A model generated the notes under the pieces. That model saw nothing but the letters and a program-made list of their open reading frames with translations, was not told the DNA's origin and searched no databases. The position numbers were made by a program, and so were the translations under genes. From contig CAAGGQ010000110.1 of the NCBI GenBank assembly GCA_900769475.1, positions 1,173-65,172 of the forward strand: DNA of 64,000 nucleotides. Direction: 5' to 3'. This DNA is from Clostridia bacterium. Its GTDB lineage: Bacteria > Bacillota > Clostridia > Oscillospirales > CAG-272. Shown in pieces: positions 63,658 through 64,000 of this stretch. Each line of letters starts with the position of its first letter. Within the stretch, counting starts at the first letter, position 1.

Positions 63658-63961
63658 AATTCTCTCCTTTATAAAATAAAAAATACGCCAACTGAAATCA
63701 GCGCATAAAAGCCACACATACTTCAAGCGTTGTTGCACTATTCGGTTTTATTTGACACATTTATTATACCACAGTTGTTCTTTTATGTCAATAATTACTC
63801 GTTTTTTTCTATTCTCAAAAAGAAACCTCGCAACTTCTCTCCAAAAAACAGGGCTGCACGCAAATTGCGTACAGCCCTTTATACGGACGCCGGAAGCATG
63901 AACCCGGCGGTGGTTTCATCATAGCAGTATGTATGATAAATTCCGTGTTTCGGAAAAAGAA

Positions 63962-64000
63962 TTACTTCGCGTAGTCTACAGCGCGCGTCTCTCGGATCAG
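63962..64000 (-). CDS. 3' end of an unidentified gene continuing beyond the window
   Basis: The reverse strand reads ...LIRETRAVDYAK* with stop at 63964-63962. A hairpin AGGGCTGCACGCAA-ATTGCGTACAGCCCT (about 63851-63879) lies downstream. Too short to identify. Confidence 0.35.
   Translation of the reverse strand: MIRETRAVDYAK

Noticed and set aside
1-64000. CRISPR arrays, rRNA genes, transposases, integrases or prophage modules
   Set aside because: The repeated hairpin elements are dispersed singletons rather than regularly spaced direct repeats. No ORF in any frame shows DDE, serine- or tyrosine-recombinase or phage structural signatures, and no rRNA-like sequence is present.

Overview
64-kb chromosomal segment of a high-GC Firmicute. 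Gene content (DUF4830, TmcAL, HisZ plus short HisG, T-box leaders, ArgR-type boxes) and the intergenic hairpin repeats look like Clostridia of the Oscillospiraceae/Ruminococcaceae type; that taxonomic guess is inference only. Most of the window is housekeeping and biosynthesis: an XRE-TPR regulator with an ABC exporter; tRNA-Lys; a fucoside-utilisation cluster (esterase, PTP-like protein, GH29 fucosidase, AraC, GH-like protein); glycerate kinase; a Fur-family regulator with a metal permease; tmcAL; yceD-rpmF; a SEDS protein; proS; gap; argCJBDF behind ARG boxes; a complete his operon (yerC-like, hisZGDC, MFS, hisBHAF-IE); and metY-metA. The stand-out region is 46.5-62.3 kb. Three T-box leaders there carry positional specifier codons reading Ile (AUC), Val (GUA) and Leu (CUC). 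Each gates a different AMP-forming acyl-CoA ligase with an unusual N-terminal fusion: XRE-HTH+cupin twice, and a xylose-isomerase-like TIM barrel once. These sit around a four-subunit 2-oxoacid:ferredoxin oxidoreductase operon and ilvE. The Leu-gated operon also encodes a LeuA paralog that has lost its metal and substrate motifs but keeps the C-terminal regulatory domain. I interpret this as a tRNA-sensed, amino-acid-specific regulon that salvages branched-chain fatty acids into branched-chain amino acids by reductive carboxylation. Other points of interest are a 21-nt duplicate of the tRNA-Lys 3' end bounding a 1.1-kb islet, a perfect 10-1-10 Fur-type palindrome, two visibly AT-rich, probably foreign genes, and several families of intergenic hairpin repeats. 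No CRISPR array, rRNA, transposase or integrase was seen. The many long ORFs antisense to real genes are treated as GC-driven shadows.
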